Shown piece after piece: positions 1-9,107 of a stretch of 64,000 nt of DNA (its first letter is position 1; each line of letters begins with the position of its first letter). The notes beneath the pieces are model-generated. The model was given only the letters and a program-made list of their open reading frames with translations, searched no databases and was not told the origin of the DNA. Origin of the DNA: Planctomycetota bacterium. GTDB taxonomy: Bacteria > Planctomycetota > PLA2 > JAEUHO01. The stretch is taken from the NCBI GenBank assembly GCA_050248855.1, contig JBFWRP010000001.1, positions 128,001 to 192,000 on the forward strand, written 5' to 3'. The position numbers were made by a program, and so were the translations under genes.

Positions 1-47
1 ATCTTGCCGTGCGCACCGGCCACGACGATGCGGCGCGGCTCAGTCAT
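1..47 (-). CDS. 5' fragment of a Rossmann-fold oxidoreductase (DapB-like start), runs off the window
   Basis: ATG at 47 overlaps the end of the phosphatase gene; reads MTEPRRIVVAGAHGK, a beta1-GAxG nucleotide-binding start; only 15 codons visible. Confidence 0.35.
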   Translation of the reverse strand, partial: MTEPRRIVVAGAHGK

Positions 48-519
48 GGCTGCGCCCCTGCTCGTCGGCCCAGCGCCGCGCAAACTCGTGCACGGCCTCC
101 TCCTGGGCGTGCGTCTCGATCGAGCCAGGCCGCCGACGCCGGACGTCCGCGATGGCGAGGTCGGGCGGGAGCCCCTCGGCCACGCGCCAGGCGGCGAGCA
201 CGGTGCCCGTACGGCCGAGCCCCGCCATGCAGTGCACGGCCACGGCGCGCCCCGCCGCGAGCTGCGCCTGCATCCAGCGCACGATGGCGAGCAGCTGCTC
301 GGGCGAGGGGGGCGTGAAGTCGACGACGGGGTCGTGCCGGACCACGAGATCGAGCTCGTCGACCGTCGGGGGCAGGGGCCTCGACGTGAGACTCAACACG
401 GCGCCGATCCCCTCCAGGACCGCGGCGCGGAGCTCGTCGACGCGCGGGCAGCCCATTCCGGCGACGCGCCCGGCGTCGAGCCAGCCGAAGTTGGGCGGGA
501 GAAGGGCCCCGGGCTCCAC
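40..519 (-). CDS. Dual-specificity/protein-tyrosine phosphatase family protein
   Basis: P-loop HCMAGLGRTG (CX5R), general-acid VVDFTPP, C-terminal RRPGSIETxxQE; GTG at 519 preferred over TTG at 537. Confidence 0.9.
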   Translation of the reverse strand: MEPGALLPPNFGWLDAGRVAGMGCPRVDELRAAVLEGIGAVLSLTSRPLPPTVDELDLVVRHDPVVDFTPPSPEQLLAIVRWMQAQLAAGRAVAVHCMAGLGRTGTVLAAWRVAEGLPPDLAIADVRRRRPGSIETHAQEEAVHEFARRWADEQGRSHD

Positions 520-626
520 CCCCGCATCATGCGCCAAGTGCGCGCGCCTGGCACGCTCGGCTCCGACGGGGACAGGACGGTGCGCCGCGGGTGGCGCCCC
601 GGACGGCGCCCCGCGATCATGCGCCG

Positions 627-2393
627 GTGGAGCCCCTGACCTGGACCCTTGTCGCCCTTGCCCTCGTCCTGATCGGGGCGATCGTGCCGGCCATCTCCCT
701 GGACGTGGTGGCCGTCCTGGGGCTGGCCGTCCTCGTGCTGGGCAACGTGCTTTCCGAGGCGGAGGCCACGCGCGGCTTCGGCAGCCCCACCCTCGTCACC
801 GTGGCCTGCATGTTCGTCCTGGCCGAGGCCCTGCAACGGACCGGAGCGGCGCGTTCGATCGGCAACCTCGTGGAGCGCCGCGCCGCCCGCGGGGAGCGCG
901 TGCTCCTCATCGCACTCCTGCCGATCGTGATGGTCCTCTCCGGGTTCATGAGCAACACGGGCGTGGTCGTGCTGCTGCTGCCGATCCTCGTGGCGGCCAC
1001 GACGAAAGCCGGGCGCAGCCCGAGCCGTGTCCTGTTGCCACTGTCCTACGCCTCGATCGCGGGAGGCACCCTGACTCTCGTCGGCACCACGACCACGCTG
1101 CTCGTGGACGCCATGCTGCGCCAGCTGGGACGCCCGGGTCTGGGGATGCTCGACATCATGCCCATCGGCGCCGTCGTGTGCGCCGTCACGTTCGTCTACC
1201 TCGTGCTGGCCGCCCCCAAGCTGTTGCCCGCCCGCGTCGGCTTGGTGGTCCCTCTCGACGCCGAGGCCACGCGCCAATACCTCACGCAGGTCCTGCTGGG
1301 ACCCGCGTCGCGGCTCGTGGGTCGCCGGGTGGCCGACGTCGGCGAGTGGAAGGAGAAGGTCCGCATCCTGCAGGTCGTGCGCGGCGAAGAGACCTTCTGG
1401 CCGCCCTTTGACGACCTCGTCCTCGAGGCCCACGACGAGGTGCGCCTCAAGGGCACGCCCGAGGTGATCGCCGGCCTGCTCGCCCAGCCCGGCGTGGACG
1501 GCCCTGCCCCCGGCGACGAGCAGGTCCAGGGCCGCGACCTCGCACTCGCCGAGGTCCTGGTGGCGCCGGGCTCGCGGTTGCGCGGCATGACCGTACGGAG
1601 TGCGGGCGTGCGCGATCGCTACGGGGTCACGGTGCTCGCGGTCCAGCGCCGCGGCGAGCATCTGCGTGAACACATCGCCGACTTGCCCCTGGCCGTGGGC
1701 GACGTCCTGCTCGTCCAGGGCGAGACGCAATCCCTGGCGCGCCTGACGCGCTCCGAAGGCGACCTCATCGCCTTGGGCGGCACGATGGAAGCCCCCGCCA
1801 CGCTGGGCCGTGCGCCGCATGCCATCGCGATCGTGATCCTCGCCTTGGGGCTGGCGGCCTTCGACGTGGTCCCCTTGGTCATCGCAGCGCTGCTCGGGGC
1901 CGTGGGCGTGATCCTGGCGGGCTGCATCAGTGCGACGCAGGCCTACCGCTCGCTCAACTTGCAGGTCCTGTTCGTCCTCGGGGCCCTGCTCGCGTTCGGC
2001 CAGGCCGCGGACACGAGCGGCCTCGCCCAAGGCGTGGCCAATGCCCTGATCCACATCGGCGGACAGTTCGGTCCCCGCGGCCTGCTGGCCATGCTGTTCC
2101 TGGCGACGACGTTGCTCACGGAGCTCGTCACGAACGCCGGCACGGCCGGCATGATGATCCCCATCGCGCTGCGCGTGGCCGACCAAGCCAACGTGTCGCA
2201 CGAGCCGTTCGTCTTCGCCGTGGCCATCGCCGCGTCGTGTTCCTTGCTCACGCCCGTGGGCTACCAGACCAACCTCCTGGTGTTCGGGCCGGGCGGCTAC
2301 CGCCTCCAGGACTACCTGCGCCTCGGGCTGCCCTTGACCATCCTGCTGCTCATCACGAGCACGCTGCTGCTGCCGGTCTTCTACCCGTTCTGA
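627..2393 (+). CDS. SLC13/CitT-like transporter with TrkA-C (RCK-C) domains
   Basis: SGFMSNTG, GGTLTLVGTTTTLL, TELVTNA and LTPVGYQTNLLV motifs; many TM segments around a soluble double TrkA-C region; start GTG 627. Confidence 0.9.
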   Translation: MEPLTWTLVALALVLIGAIVPAISLDVVAVLGLAVLVLGNVLSEAEATRGFGSPTLVTVACMFVLAEALQRTGAARSIGNLVERRAARGERVLLIALLPIVMVLSGFMSNTGVVVLLLPILVAATTKAGRSPSRVLLPLSYASIAGGTLTLVGTTTTLLVDAMLRQLGRPGLGMLDIMPIGAVVCAVTFVYLVLAAPKLLPARVGLVVPLDAEATRQYLTQVLLGPASRLVGRRVADVGEWKEKVRILQVVRGEETFWPPFDDLVLEAHDEVRLKGTPEVIAGLLAQPGVDGPAPGDEQVQGRDLALAEVLVAPGSRLRGMTVRSAGVRDRYGVTVLAVQRRGEHLREHIADLPLAVGDVLLVQGETQSLARLTRSEGDLIALGGTMEAPATLGRAPHAIAIVILALGLAAFDVVPLVIAALLGAVGVILAGCISATQAYRSLNLQVLFVLGALLAFGQAADTSGLAQGVANALIHIGGQFGPRGLLAMLFLATTLLTELVTNAGTAGMMIPIALRVADQANVSHEPFVFAVAIAASCSLLTPVGYQTNLLVFGPGGYRLQDYLRLGLPLTILLLITSTLLLPVFYPF

Positions 2394-3424
2394 GCCACAT
2401 CGGGAGGCGCCGCCCACGCGACGCTCCGCGTGCGACGCGCCGCGTGTGCGAGGTGCAGGCCGAGCGCCGCGAGCGCGGTCGGGGCCGCGACTTGCCAGCC
2501 AAAGCGCGGAACGATCACGACGACGAAGAGCGCCGCCAGCGACGTCAGCGCCCCGTAGCGCAGGGCGCTCGCGACGTGCGTCCAGCCGGCGCGCGTCAGG
2601 CGTTGGTGCAGGTGCTCGCGGTGGGCGGCGGACCAGCGGAGGCCCTTGCGCCGCTTGGCGACGAGGCCGAGCCCGATGTCGATCACCGCGGGGAGCAAGG
2701 GTGCCGCCGCCCACGCCCATGGCAGCGGGGTCAGCCCCGGCACGCCGTCGAGCTGCATGGGCAGGAGCGCCAGCGCGAAGCCCAGCAGGTGCGTGGCCGC
2801 GTCCCCGGGGAACGTGCGTGCCGGCGTGATGTTGAAGAGCGCGAGCGCCAGCACGCCGCCCAGCAGGGCCGCCGGGAGCGCGCCGCCCGCGAGGCCCGCG
2901 CCCGCCGACGCGGCCAGGGCCAACGGCGTCACGTGCACGGCGCACGTGATCAAGTCGATGCCATCGAGGAAGTTCACGACCGTCACGACCGCAACGATCC
3001 AGAGCCATGCCATGAACGGGTCGAGCACACCGAAGCCGAGAGCAGCGAAACCCGCGGAAGGCTCGCCCGCAAAGCGCCAGCCCAGGACCACGGCCAGGGC
3101 GGCAAGGGCGGCTTGGGCGAGCGCCTTCCCGCGCGCTCCGAGGCGCCAGCGGTCATCGGCCAGACCGAGCAGGAAGAAGCCGAGAGCCGGAACCACGAAG
3201 GCGACGGTGCCCTGTGGCAGGACGCCGTGGCCTTCGTGCGCCTGCCACCACGCGCCCCCCCCTGCCAGGGCGCCGAGCAGCGCGAAGCCCCCCACACGCG
3301 GCGTGCGCGCGACGTGGCTGCTGCGGGACGTCGGCAGGTCGACGAGCCCCAGGCGCCTCGCCCCGGCGACGGCCGGCAGCAGCGTGAGCAGGCCCGCTCC
3401 GAACCCTGCGAGAACGACCAGCAC
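2381..3424 (-). CDS. WecA/TagO-like polyprenyl-phosphate GlcNAc-1-P transferase (MraY/GT4 family)
   Basis: SSHxxxTPRVGG, GLADDR, NFLDGID, FPGD and HREHLH motifs; polytopic; GGAGG before GTG 3424. Confidence 0.85.
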   Translation of the reverse strand: MLVVLAGFGAGLLTLLPAVAGARRLGLVDLPTSRSSHVARTPRVGGFALLGALAGGGAWWQAHEGHGVLPQGTVAFVVPALGFFLLGLADDRWRLGARGKALAQAALAALAVVLGWRFAGEPSAGFAALGFGVLDPFMAWLWIVAVVTVVNFLDGIDLITCAVHVTPLALAASAGAGLAGGALPAALLGGVLALALFNITPARTFPGDAATHLLGFALALLPMQLDGVPGLTPLPWAWAAAPLLPAVIDIGLGLVAKRRKGLRWSAAHREHLHQRLTRAGWTHVASALRYGALTSLAALFVVVIVPRFGWQVAAPTALAALGLHLAHAARRTRSVAWAAPPDVAQNG

Positions 3425-3645
3425 CGCCGTCCCTCCCTGCCGCCCGCCCCCTGCCCCGAAGCGGGCCCGGCCGCCCTCGCGGCATGGTGCCGGAACGCTC
3501 CCGGATTCGCGCGCTTCGCGCCGCGAGGTCGGCCGTCCGTTTGCCGCCCCCTGGACGCCGCAGCGCACGACAGGCCTCCACGGTCGTTATCCTCGATGGC
3601 TCCGCGCCGCCGCCGCGGAGCCTGCACGCGAGGAGGCTGCTCGTC

Positions 3646-4842
3646 ATGCGCGAACGGATGGAGGGCCCGCGGGCCGTTGCCCATCTCTTGCGCCGCACCG
3701 TCGTCGCGTCCGACGCGGACCAGTGGGCGCGCTTTCGCGACGCTCCGTACGACGACGTCGTGGACGCCTTGCTCGCGCAGCTCGACACGAAGCGTCCCCC
3801 GGATCCCGCGGGCTTCGACCCGTACCTGCCGGGAGCGATCCAGCAGCTTTGGCTCGAACGCATGGTGGCCGGCAGCGCACCCTTCGCCGAGCGGCTCGCC
3901 TTCTTCTGGCACGACCACTTCGCCACGAGCGACGCCAAGATCCAGGACCCCCTGCTGATGTGGCGTCAGCAGCGGCTCCTTCGCGATGGCGGCGCGGGCT
4001 CCTGGCGCGAGCTGCTGCGCGGCGTCGCCCGCGACGTGGCGATGATCCGCTGGCTCGACGGCAACAGCAACCGCAGCGGCCACGCCAACGAGAACTTCGC
4101 GCGCGAGCTCCAGGAGCTGTTCGTGCTCGGGATCGGGCACTACAGCGAGGACGACGTCCGCGAAGTCGCTCGCGCCTTCACGGGCTGGGGCAGTCGCCAC
4201 CACGACTTCGTGATGCGGCCCGGGTTCCATGACGACGGCGTCAAGACGGTGCACGGCCGGGTCGGGGCGTTCGACGGCGACGCCGTCATCGACATCCTTC
4301 TCGAGCAGCCCGCCGCCGCCGAGCACCTCGCGCGACGACTCCACCGTTGGTTCGTGTCCCTCGCGCCCGCGGACGACGACGTGCAGGCCTTGGCGGACGT
4401 CATCCGCAGCGAGGACTACCGCTTGCGCCCCATCCTGGGGCACCTGCTCCGTTCGGACGCCTTCCTCGACCCCGCCTGCGAATGGGCGCTCGTGCGCAGT
4501 CCCGTCGACCAGGTCGTCGCGACGTGGCGCGTCCTGGGCCTCCGGGCGCTGCCCGGCTGGATCCACGCCAGCCTCGACCGCATGGGCCAGATCCTCTTCC
4601 GTCCTCCGTCGGTCAAGGGCTGGACGCAGGGCACGGGCTGGCTCTCCAGCGGCGCGCTCGTCGAGCGACTCGTGCTGGCCGACCGCGCCTCCGAGCTGGC
4701 CTTGCTCGATGGTCTGGACGATCTCGAGCGCCTGGCGTACGGGCCCGAGACCCCGTCGTCCCTGACGACTGCACTCGCCGAGCAAGGAGGGCGCGACCGC
4801 ACCCGCATCCTGCTGGGCTCGCCGGAGTTCCAACGCGCATGA
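3646..4842 (+). CDS. DUF1800 family protein
   Basis: AHLLRR, ERLAFFWHDHFATS, NENFARELQELFVLG, PPSVKGW, C-terminal SPEFQ; AGGAGG before ATG 3646. Confidence 0.9.
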   Translation: MRERMEGPRAVAHLLRRTVVASDADQWARFRDAPYDDVVDALLAQLDTKRPPDPAGFDPYLPGAIQQLWLERMVAGSAPFAERLAFFWHDHFATSDAKIQDPLLMWRQQRLLRDGGAGSWRELLRGVARDVAMIRWLDGNSNRSGHANENFARELQELFVLGIGHYSEDDVREVARAFTGWGSRHHDFVMRPGFHDDGVKTVHGRVGAFDGDAVIDILLEQPAAAEHLARRLHRWFVSLAPADDDVQALADVIRSEDYRLRPILGHLLRSDAFLDPACEWALVRSPVDQVVATWRVLGLRALPGWIHASLDRMGQILFRPPSVKGWTQGTGWLSSGALVERLVLADRASELALLDGLDDLERLAYGPETPSSLTTALAEQGGRDRTRILLGSPEFQRA

Positions 4843-6047
4843 GCCCTCGACCGCCCGCTCGGCCCGCTTCGCCGCCCACGTCTCCCGCGCCCACCCGCCG
4901 CGACCTCCTGGGTGGCGCGCTCGCGCTCGGCGGCATCTGCCTGCTGCCTCGCTGGGCCCGCGCCGACGAGGCTGCGGCGGCCCCCCGCAAGCGCACGATC
5001 GTGCTCCTGCACCTCGAAGGCGGCAACGACGGACTGAACACCGTCGTGCCGTTCACCGACCCCGCGTACTCGCGGCTGCGCCCCTCGCTGGCCATCGAGC
5101 GCGACCGCGTGCGGCGCCTCGACGACACCGCCGGGTTGCATCCCTCGCTGGCGGGCCTCGAAGCACTCTGGCGTCGGGAGCGTCTGGCGATCGTGGAAGG
5201 CGTGGGCTATCCCGAGCCCAGCCTCAGCCACTTCCGCGCCACGGAGATCTGGCACACGGGCCAGCCCGAGCGCACGCCCACGCACGGATGGATCGGCCGG
5301 GCGTTGGACGCGCATCCCCGGGAAGCGCCGCTGCGCAGCGTGGGTCTGGCCACCGAGCCTCCGCTCTCCCTAGCGATGGCGGCCCCGGGCTCGATCACGA
5401 TGACCTCGTTCGACCGGTTCCGCGTCCCCCCGTCGATGGAGGGCGTGGCCCGCCTCTGGCGCCAGCACGCCGATGCGCAGGGCTTGCGCGGGGAGCTGGC
5501 GCGCGCCGGCACGGAAGCCTTGGACGTGGCCGCACGGCTCGCGGCCATGTCGCCCGCCTCGGGACCCTACGTCGGCGCGCTGGGCGACCGCCTGCGCCTC
5601 GTCGAGTCGCTCCTCGTGGCCGACCTGGACCTCGATGCCATCCACCTGGGGCAGGGAGGCTACGACACCCACTCCAACCAGACGGCCCAGCATGCGCGCC
5701 TCCTGCAGGAGCTGGGCACGAACCTGGACGTGTTCCAGCGCCGCCTGGAGGCCGCCAAGCTCGACGACCGCGTCGTGACGTTCGTCTTCAGCGAGTTCGG
5801 GCGTCGGGCCGCGGAGAACCTGAGCGGGGGTACGGACCACGGCACGGCAGGCCCGGTGTTCGTGGTGGGTACCGGGCTGCGCCCCGGTCGACACGGCAAG
5901 GCGCCATCCCTGGACGAGCTGGATCGCGACAACCTCGTCCACACCACCGACGTGCGCAGCGTGCAAGCCAGCCTGCTCGCGCACGCCTACCGCATCGATC
6001 CCCGGCCGGTTCTCGGTGACTACCCTGCCCTGGAGCTGTTCGCATGA
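4839..6047 (+). CDS. DUF1501 family protein with Tat signal
   Basis: TRRDLLGG twin-arginine; LEGGNDGLNTVVP, SHF, GGYDTHSNQ, FSEFGRR, GTDHG; ATGA overlap with DUF1800. Confidence 0.9.
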   Translation: MSPRPPARPASPPTSPAPTRRDLLGGALALGGICLLPRWARADEAAAAPRKRTIVLLHLEGGNDGLNTVVPFTDPAYSRLRPSLAIERDRVRRLDDTAGLHPSLAGLEALWRRERLAIVEGVGYPEPSLSHFRATEIWHTGQPERTPTHGWIGRALDAHPREAPLRSVGLATEPPLSLAMAAPGSITMTSFDRFRVPPSMEGVARLWRQHADAQGLRGELARAGTEALDVAARLAAMSPASGPYVGALGDRLRLVESLLVADLDLDAIHLGQGGYDTHSNQTAQHARLLQELGTNLDVFQRRLEAAKLDDRVVTFVFSEFGRRAAENLSGGTDHGTAGPVFVVGTGLRPGRHGKAPSLDELDRDNLVHTTDVRSVQASLLAHAYRIDPRPVLGDYPALELFA

Positions 6048-7414
6048 GCCGCTTGCGCATCGCCTTCGCCCTCCTCGTCCTCGCAGGGCTCGGGGCCCCG
6101 CCCTCGGCTCGCGCCGACGAAGCCCCGCCGGCATCCAGCCCGGCGGCCGCTCCGACGGTGCCCGCTTCGTTTCCGGCCGCCCGTCTGGCGTGGCTGCCCG
6201 TGTCGCCGCTGCATCGCGCCGTGCTCGTCGAGGAGCATCCGCGACTGGCGGGTCGGCTGGGAGCCCTCGCGCGACGCGGGGAGGCGCTCGAGCGTCAGCT
6301 GGCGGACGCCAAGCTTGCGGCCAGTGCGCGCGCGGGCGTCGAAGCCCAGCGCGACAAGACGGACGCCGAAGCCCGCGAGCTGCTCGCGGAGGTCCTGGCC
6401 ACGGGCATCGTGGAGGCCGTGACGCCGGAGCTGCTCCATGCCGTCGCCGAGGCGCCGCCGGGCCCGCATGCCCCGTTCCGCCACGCCATGGCCTTGGGCG
6501 CACGTGTGCTCGAGCTGGATCCCGCCGTGCGCCAGCGCATCGAGACCGCCCGCACGCGCATCGAAGGGGCCTTGCTGACCATCGAGGCCCAACGGGACGT
6601 CCTGCCGGAGGCTTGGCGCGAAGTGAGCCTCGGCGCCGAGGACGAGCGCCTGCGCAAGGAGCTGGCGACGCGCACCGGACAGGCGCTGGACCGCCAGGTC
6701 CGCACGCTGGAGCGCCGCTGGTGGGGCTTCCTCGACTACGTGCTGGATCGACCGCAGCGCGCTGCGTGGTTCCGCGCCTTGCCGCCCGACTGGTTGCAGA
6801 AGGTGGACCCCGCCCAGCAGCTCTACGACCTGCCCGAGATCACGCCGTCGCAGGCCGCCCAGATCGCTTCGCGCCTGACCGAGTACGAGGCGGAAGCCAG
6901 TCCCGACCAAGCGGCCGTGCGCCGACTGCGCAGCGAGATCGAGGCCGCGCCGGACGAGGAGGCGCGCAAGGCCTTGCGACGCGAGATGGCCGACGCGCAG
7001 AAGCGCCTGGGCGAAGTCGGGGTGGCGCTGGCCAAGGGCTTGAAGGGGCTGCTGACCCCCGAGCAGCTCGAAGCCTACGAAGCGGTACCGCCCCGCCTCT
7101 CGGCCAACGACCGACGTCAGAGCCCGGAGCGCGTGCTGGAACGTGTTGCCTTCACGTCGGAGCAGAGGGCCAAGCTGGCGGACATGCGCAAGGAGCTCGC
7201 CGGCACGGTTCGCGCCATGCAGACGCGCGCGGCGGAGCTGAACCGCGAGAAGGCGGCGTACGGCCCCGACGCACCGCAGCAGATGATGATGATGGCCGAG
7301 CTCGCCGAGATCCGCGGCGACGGAGCCCGCCTCGGCCGCCGCGCGCTCGGCACCGTCTTCCTCCACGTCCTCACCGACCAGCAGCTGCTCGCCTGGCTCC
7401 TCGACCCCCGATGA
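6044..7414 (+). CDS. Exported helical protein with LTxxQ (Spy/CpxP-like) motifs
   Basis: Signal peptide ending ARA-DE; ITPSQ, LLTPEQ, FTSEQ, LTDQQ; ATGA overlap with DUF1501. Confidence 0.6.
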   Translation: MSRLRIAFALLVLAGLGAPPSARADEAPPASSPAAAPTVPASFPAARLAWLPVSPLHRAVLVEEHPRLAGRLGALARRGEALERQLADAKLAASARAGVEAQRDKTDAEARELLAEVLATGIVEAVTPELLHAVAEAPPGPHAPFRHAMALGARVLELDPAVRQRIETARTRIEGALLTIEAQRDVLPEAWREVSLGAEDERLRKELATRTGQALDRQVRTLERRWWGFLDYVLDRPQRAAWFRALPPDWLQKVDPAQQLYDLPEITPSQAAQIASRLTEYEAEASPDQAAVRRLRSEIEAAPDEEARKALRREMADAQKRLGEVGVALAKGLKGLLTPEQLEAYEAVPPRLSANDRRQSPERVLERVAFTSEQRAKLADMRKELAGTVRAMQTRAAELNREKAAYGPDAPQQMMMMAELAEIRGDGARLGRRALGTVFLHVLTDQQLLAWLLDPR

Positions 7415-7422
7415 CTCCCGCA

Positions 7423-7638
7423 GGAGCCGGGTGAGATTCCTGCTTCACGCTGTGGATGGCCTCCCCACCGTGGTGCACGTCCCCGCGTGAAGCTGGAATC
7501 TCACCTGGCTCCGTACGGTCTCGTCCAAGCCGCGGACCACTCCCGCCGCAAGCGCATCCCCCACCGTGGTGCACGTCCCCGCGTGAAGCTGGAATCTCAC
7601 CTGGCCCCGTACGGTCTCACCTGGCTCCGTACGGTCTC
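7423..7638. repeat. Dispersed palindromic/tandem intergenic element, copy A
   Basis: Inverted repeat 7423-7450/7485-7512; 96-nt tandem period (GCGTGAAG at 7485 and 7581); about 86% identical to the unit at 60267. Confidence 0.9.
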
Positions 7639-7697
7639 GGTACCGCGCCCGCTGTCCAACCGACGGCGCCCCGCGTCCCTTCGGCTAGAACGCCTGC

Positions 7698-8651
7698 GTG
7701 CTGCCGGAGCGTGCCGATGTCGTGATCCTGGGGGCCGGCTTGGCCGGGGCTTCCACCGCATGGCACCTGCGCGGCGCCGGAGTGACGGACCTCGTCGTCC
7801 TCGAGCGGCGGGCGGCACCGGGGCTGGAGGCCTCCGGGCACAACGCGGCGATCCTGCGCCTGCCCGAGTCCCCGCCCTTGTTGGCCGCCTGGGCCCGCGA
7901 GAGCCGCACGGTGCTCGAGGCCCTCGGCGTCGTCCACGAGACGGGTGGCCTCCTCGTCGGCGGAGGGGACGAGGCGCCACCGGACGAGCATCCCCTGGCC
8001 CAGGTACGCGGGCGCCAAGCACCCCGCGCAGGCGTGGTGGACGTGCCGCGGCTGCTCGCCCTGTACCTGCGGGACGTGATGGTGCTGGCCGGTGTGACCG
8101 CCGAGCTGCCGACTCCCGTTCGCGCCGGCTGGCGCGTCCCGACCGACGTCGGCACGATCGACGCACGCGTCGTCGTCAACGCGACGGGGGCGTGGGCAGG
8201 GCGGTTCGGCGCCGGGGATCTCGTCCCGACGCGCCGCCACGTGGCGATCAGCGCGCAGGATCCCCGTGCGCACCCCGACCTGCCGTGGCTCTGGGACCTC
8301 GCCACCGCTTGGTACGTGCGCCCCTGGGAGGGCGCCTGGCTGCTCTGCATCGGCGACGAGGTCCCGGTGGACCCGGACGCCGACACCTCGCCCGACCCCA
8401 CCGTGCTCGCCGCCATCGAGGAGCGGTTCGAAGGCCTCCTCGAGCCGCTGGCCCGCCCCCGCCTGGCGCGCGCCTGGACCGGGCATCGGACCTTCGCGCA
8501 GGACCGTCTACCGCGTGTGGGCGAGGACGACCGGCGCCCGGGACTCGTGCACGTGGCTGCGCTGGGCGGCCACGGCGTCACCGTCTCGCCCGCCGCCGGG
8601 CGTGCCGCGGCCGACGCCGTGCGCGCGATCCTGGCGCGGCCGGGGGGCTGA
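7698..8651 (+). CDS. FAD-dependent oxidoreductase (DAO/sarcosine oxidase-like)
   Basis: DVVILGAGLAG, ASGHNAA, VVNATGAWA, WTGHR, GGHGVTVSPAAG. Confidence 0.85.
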   Translation: MLPERADVVILGAGLAGASTAWHLRGAGVTDLVVLERRAAPGLEASGHNAAILRLPESPPLLAAWARESRTVLEALGVVHETGGLLVGGGDEAPPDEHPLAQVRGRQAPRAGVVDVPRLLALYLRDVMVLAGVTAELPTPVRAGWRVPTDVGTIDARVVVNATGAWAGRFGAGDLVPTRRHVAISAQDPRAHPDLPWLWDLATAWYVRPWEGAWLLCIGDEVPVDPDADTSPDPTVLAAIEERFEGLLEPLARPRLARAWTGHRTFAQDRLPRVGEDDRRPGLVHVAALGGHGVTVSPAAGRAAADAVRAILARPGG

Positions 8652-8663
8652 CCACGAGCTGCT

Positions 8664-9107
8664 CTAGCGGATCGGCCAGACGATGCGCGTGCGTACTTGG
8701 TCGGCGGGCACGCTGGAGCAGTCGGAGACGTACTCCTCCCACGGCTCGGCTCGGCCCTCCAGGCCTCGCTCCTTCATCGCTTCGCGCAGGGCCTTCCACG
8801 TGACGTGCAGGTCGTCGTAGGGGCCGACGTGCCACGTGACGATCGCCTTGCCCCCGGGCAGGGCATCCGGCTGGAAGCGACCAGTCGCCGGCAGGGCCCT
8901 CTTGACGGGCACGGCCAGCTCCATCGTTCCCACGTCGTCCTTCCACGCGTGCCAGCGCGCCAGGGGCGCCCCGGCTGCCTGCGATCCAGCGACCTTCATC
9001 AGCTGGGGGAGCAGCTCGCCGATGCGATGGCCGATCTCGGACTGCTTCACGTCGACCTTGACACCCAAGACGGGCGTTCGCTCCAGCTCCACCACGTCCA
9101 TCTTCAT
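8664..9107 (-). CDS. GyrI-like small-molecule-binding protein
   Basis: LPGG...HVGPYDDL...WEEY...RTRIVWP pattern; TGATG overlap with the cytochrome gene. Confidence 0.85.
   Translation of the reverse strand: MKMDVVELERTPVLGVKVDVKQSEIGHRIGELLPQLMKVAGSQAAGAPLARWHAWKDDVGTMELAVPVKRALPATGRFQPDALPGGKAIVTWHVGPYDDLHVTWKALREAMKERGLEGRAEPWEEYVSDCSSVPADQVRTRIVWPIR

Noticed and set aside
7412..7512. TGA followed by a hairpin as selenocysteine read-through
   Set aside because: The hairpin is the dispersed repeat, lacks a bacterial SECIS-like apical loop, and copy B is in a different frame relative to its upstream stop.
7463..7638. Repeat-spacer-repeat look (also 60240-60404) as a CRISPR array
   Set aside because: Only two units per locus, the would-be spacers are nearly identical between loci, and there are no cas genes.
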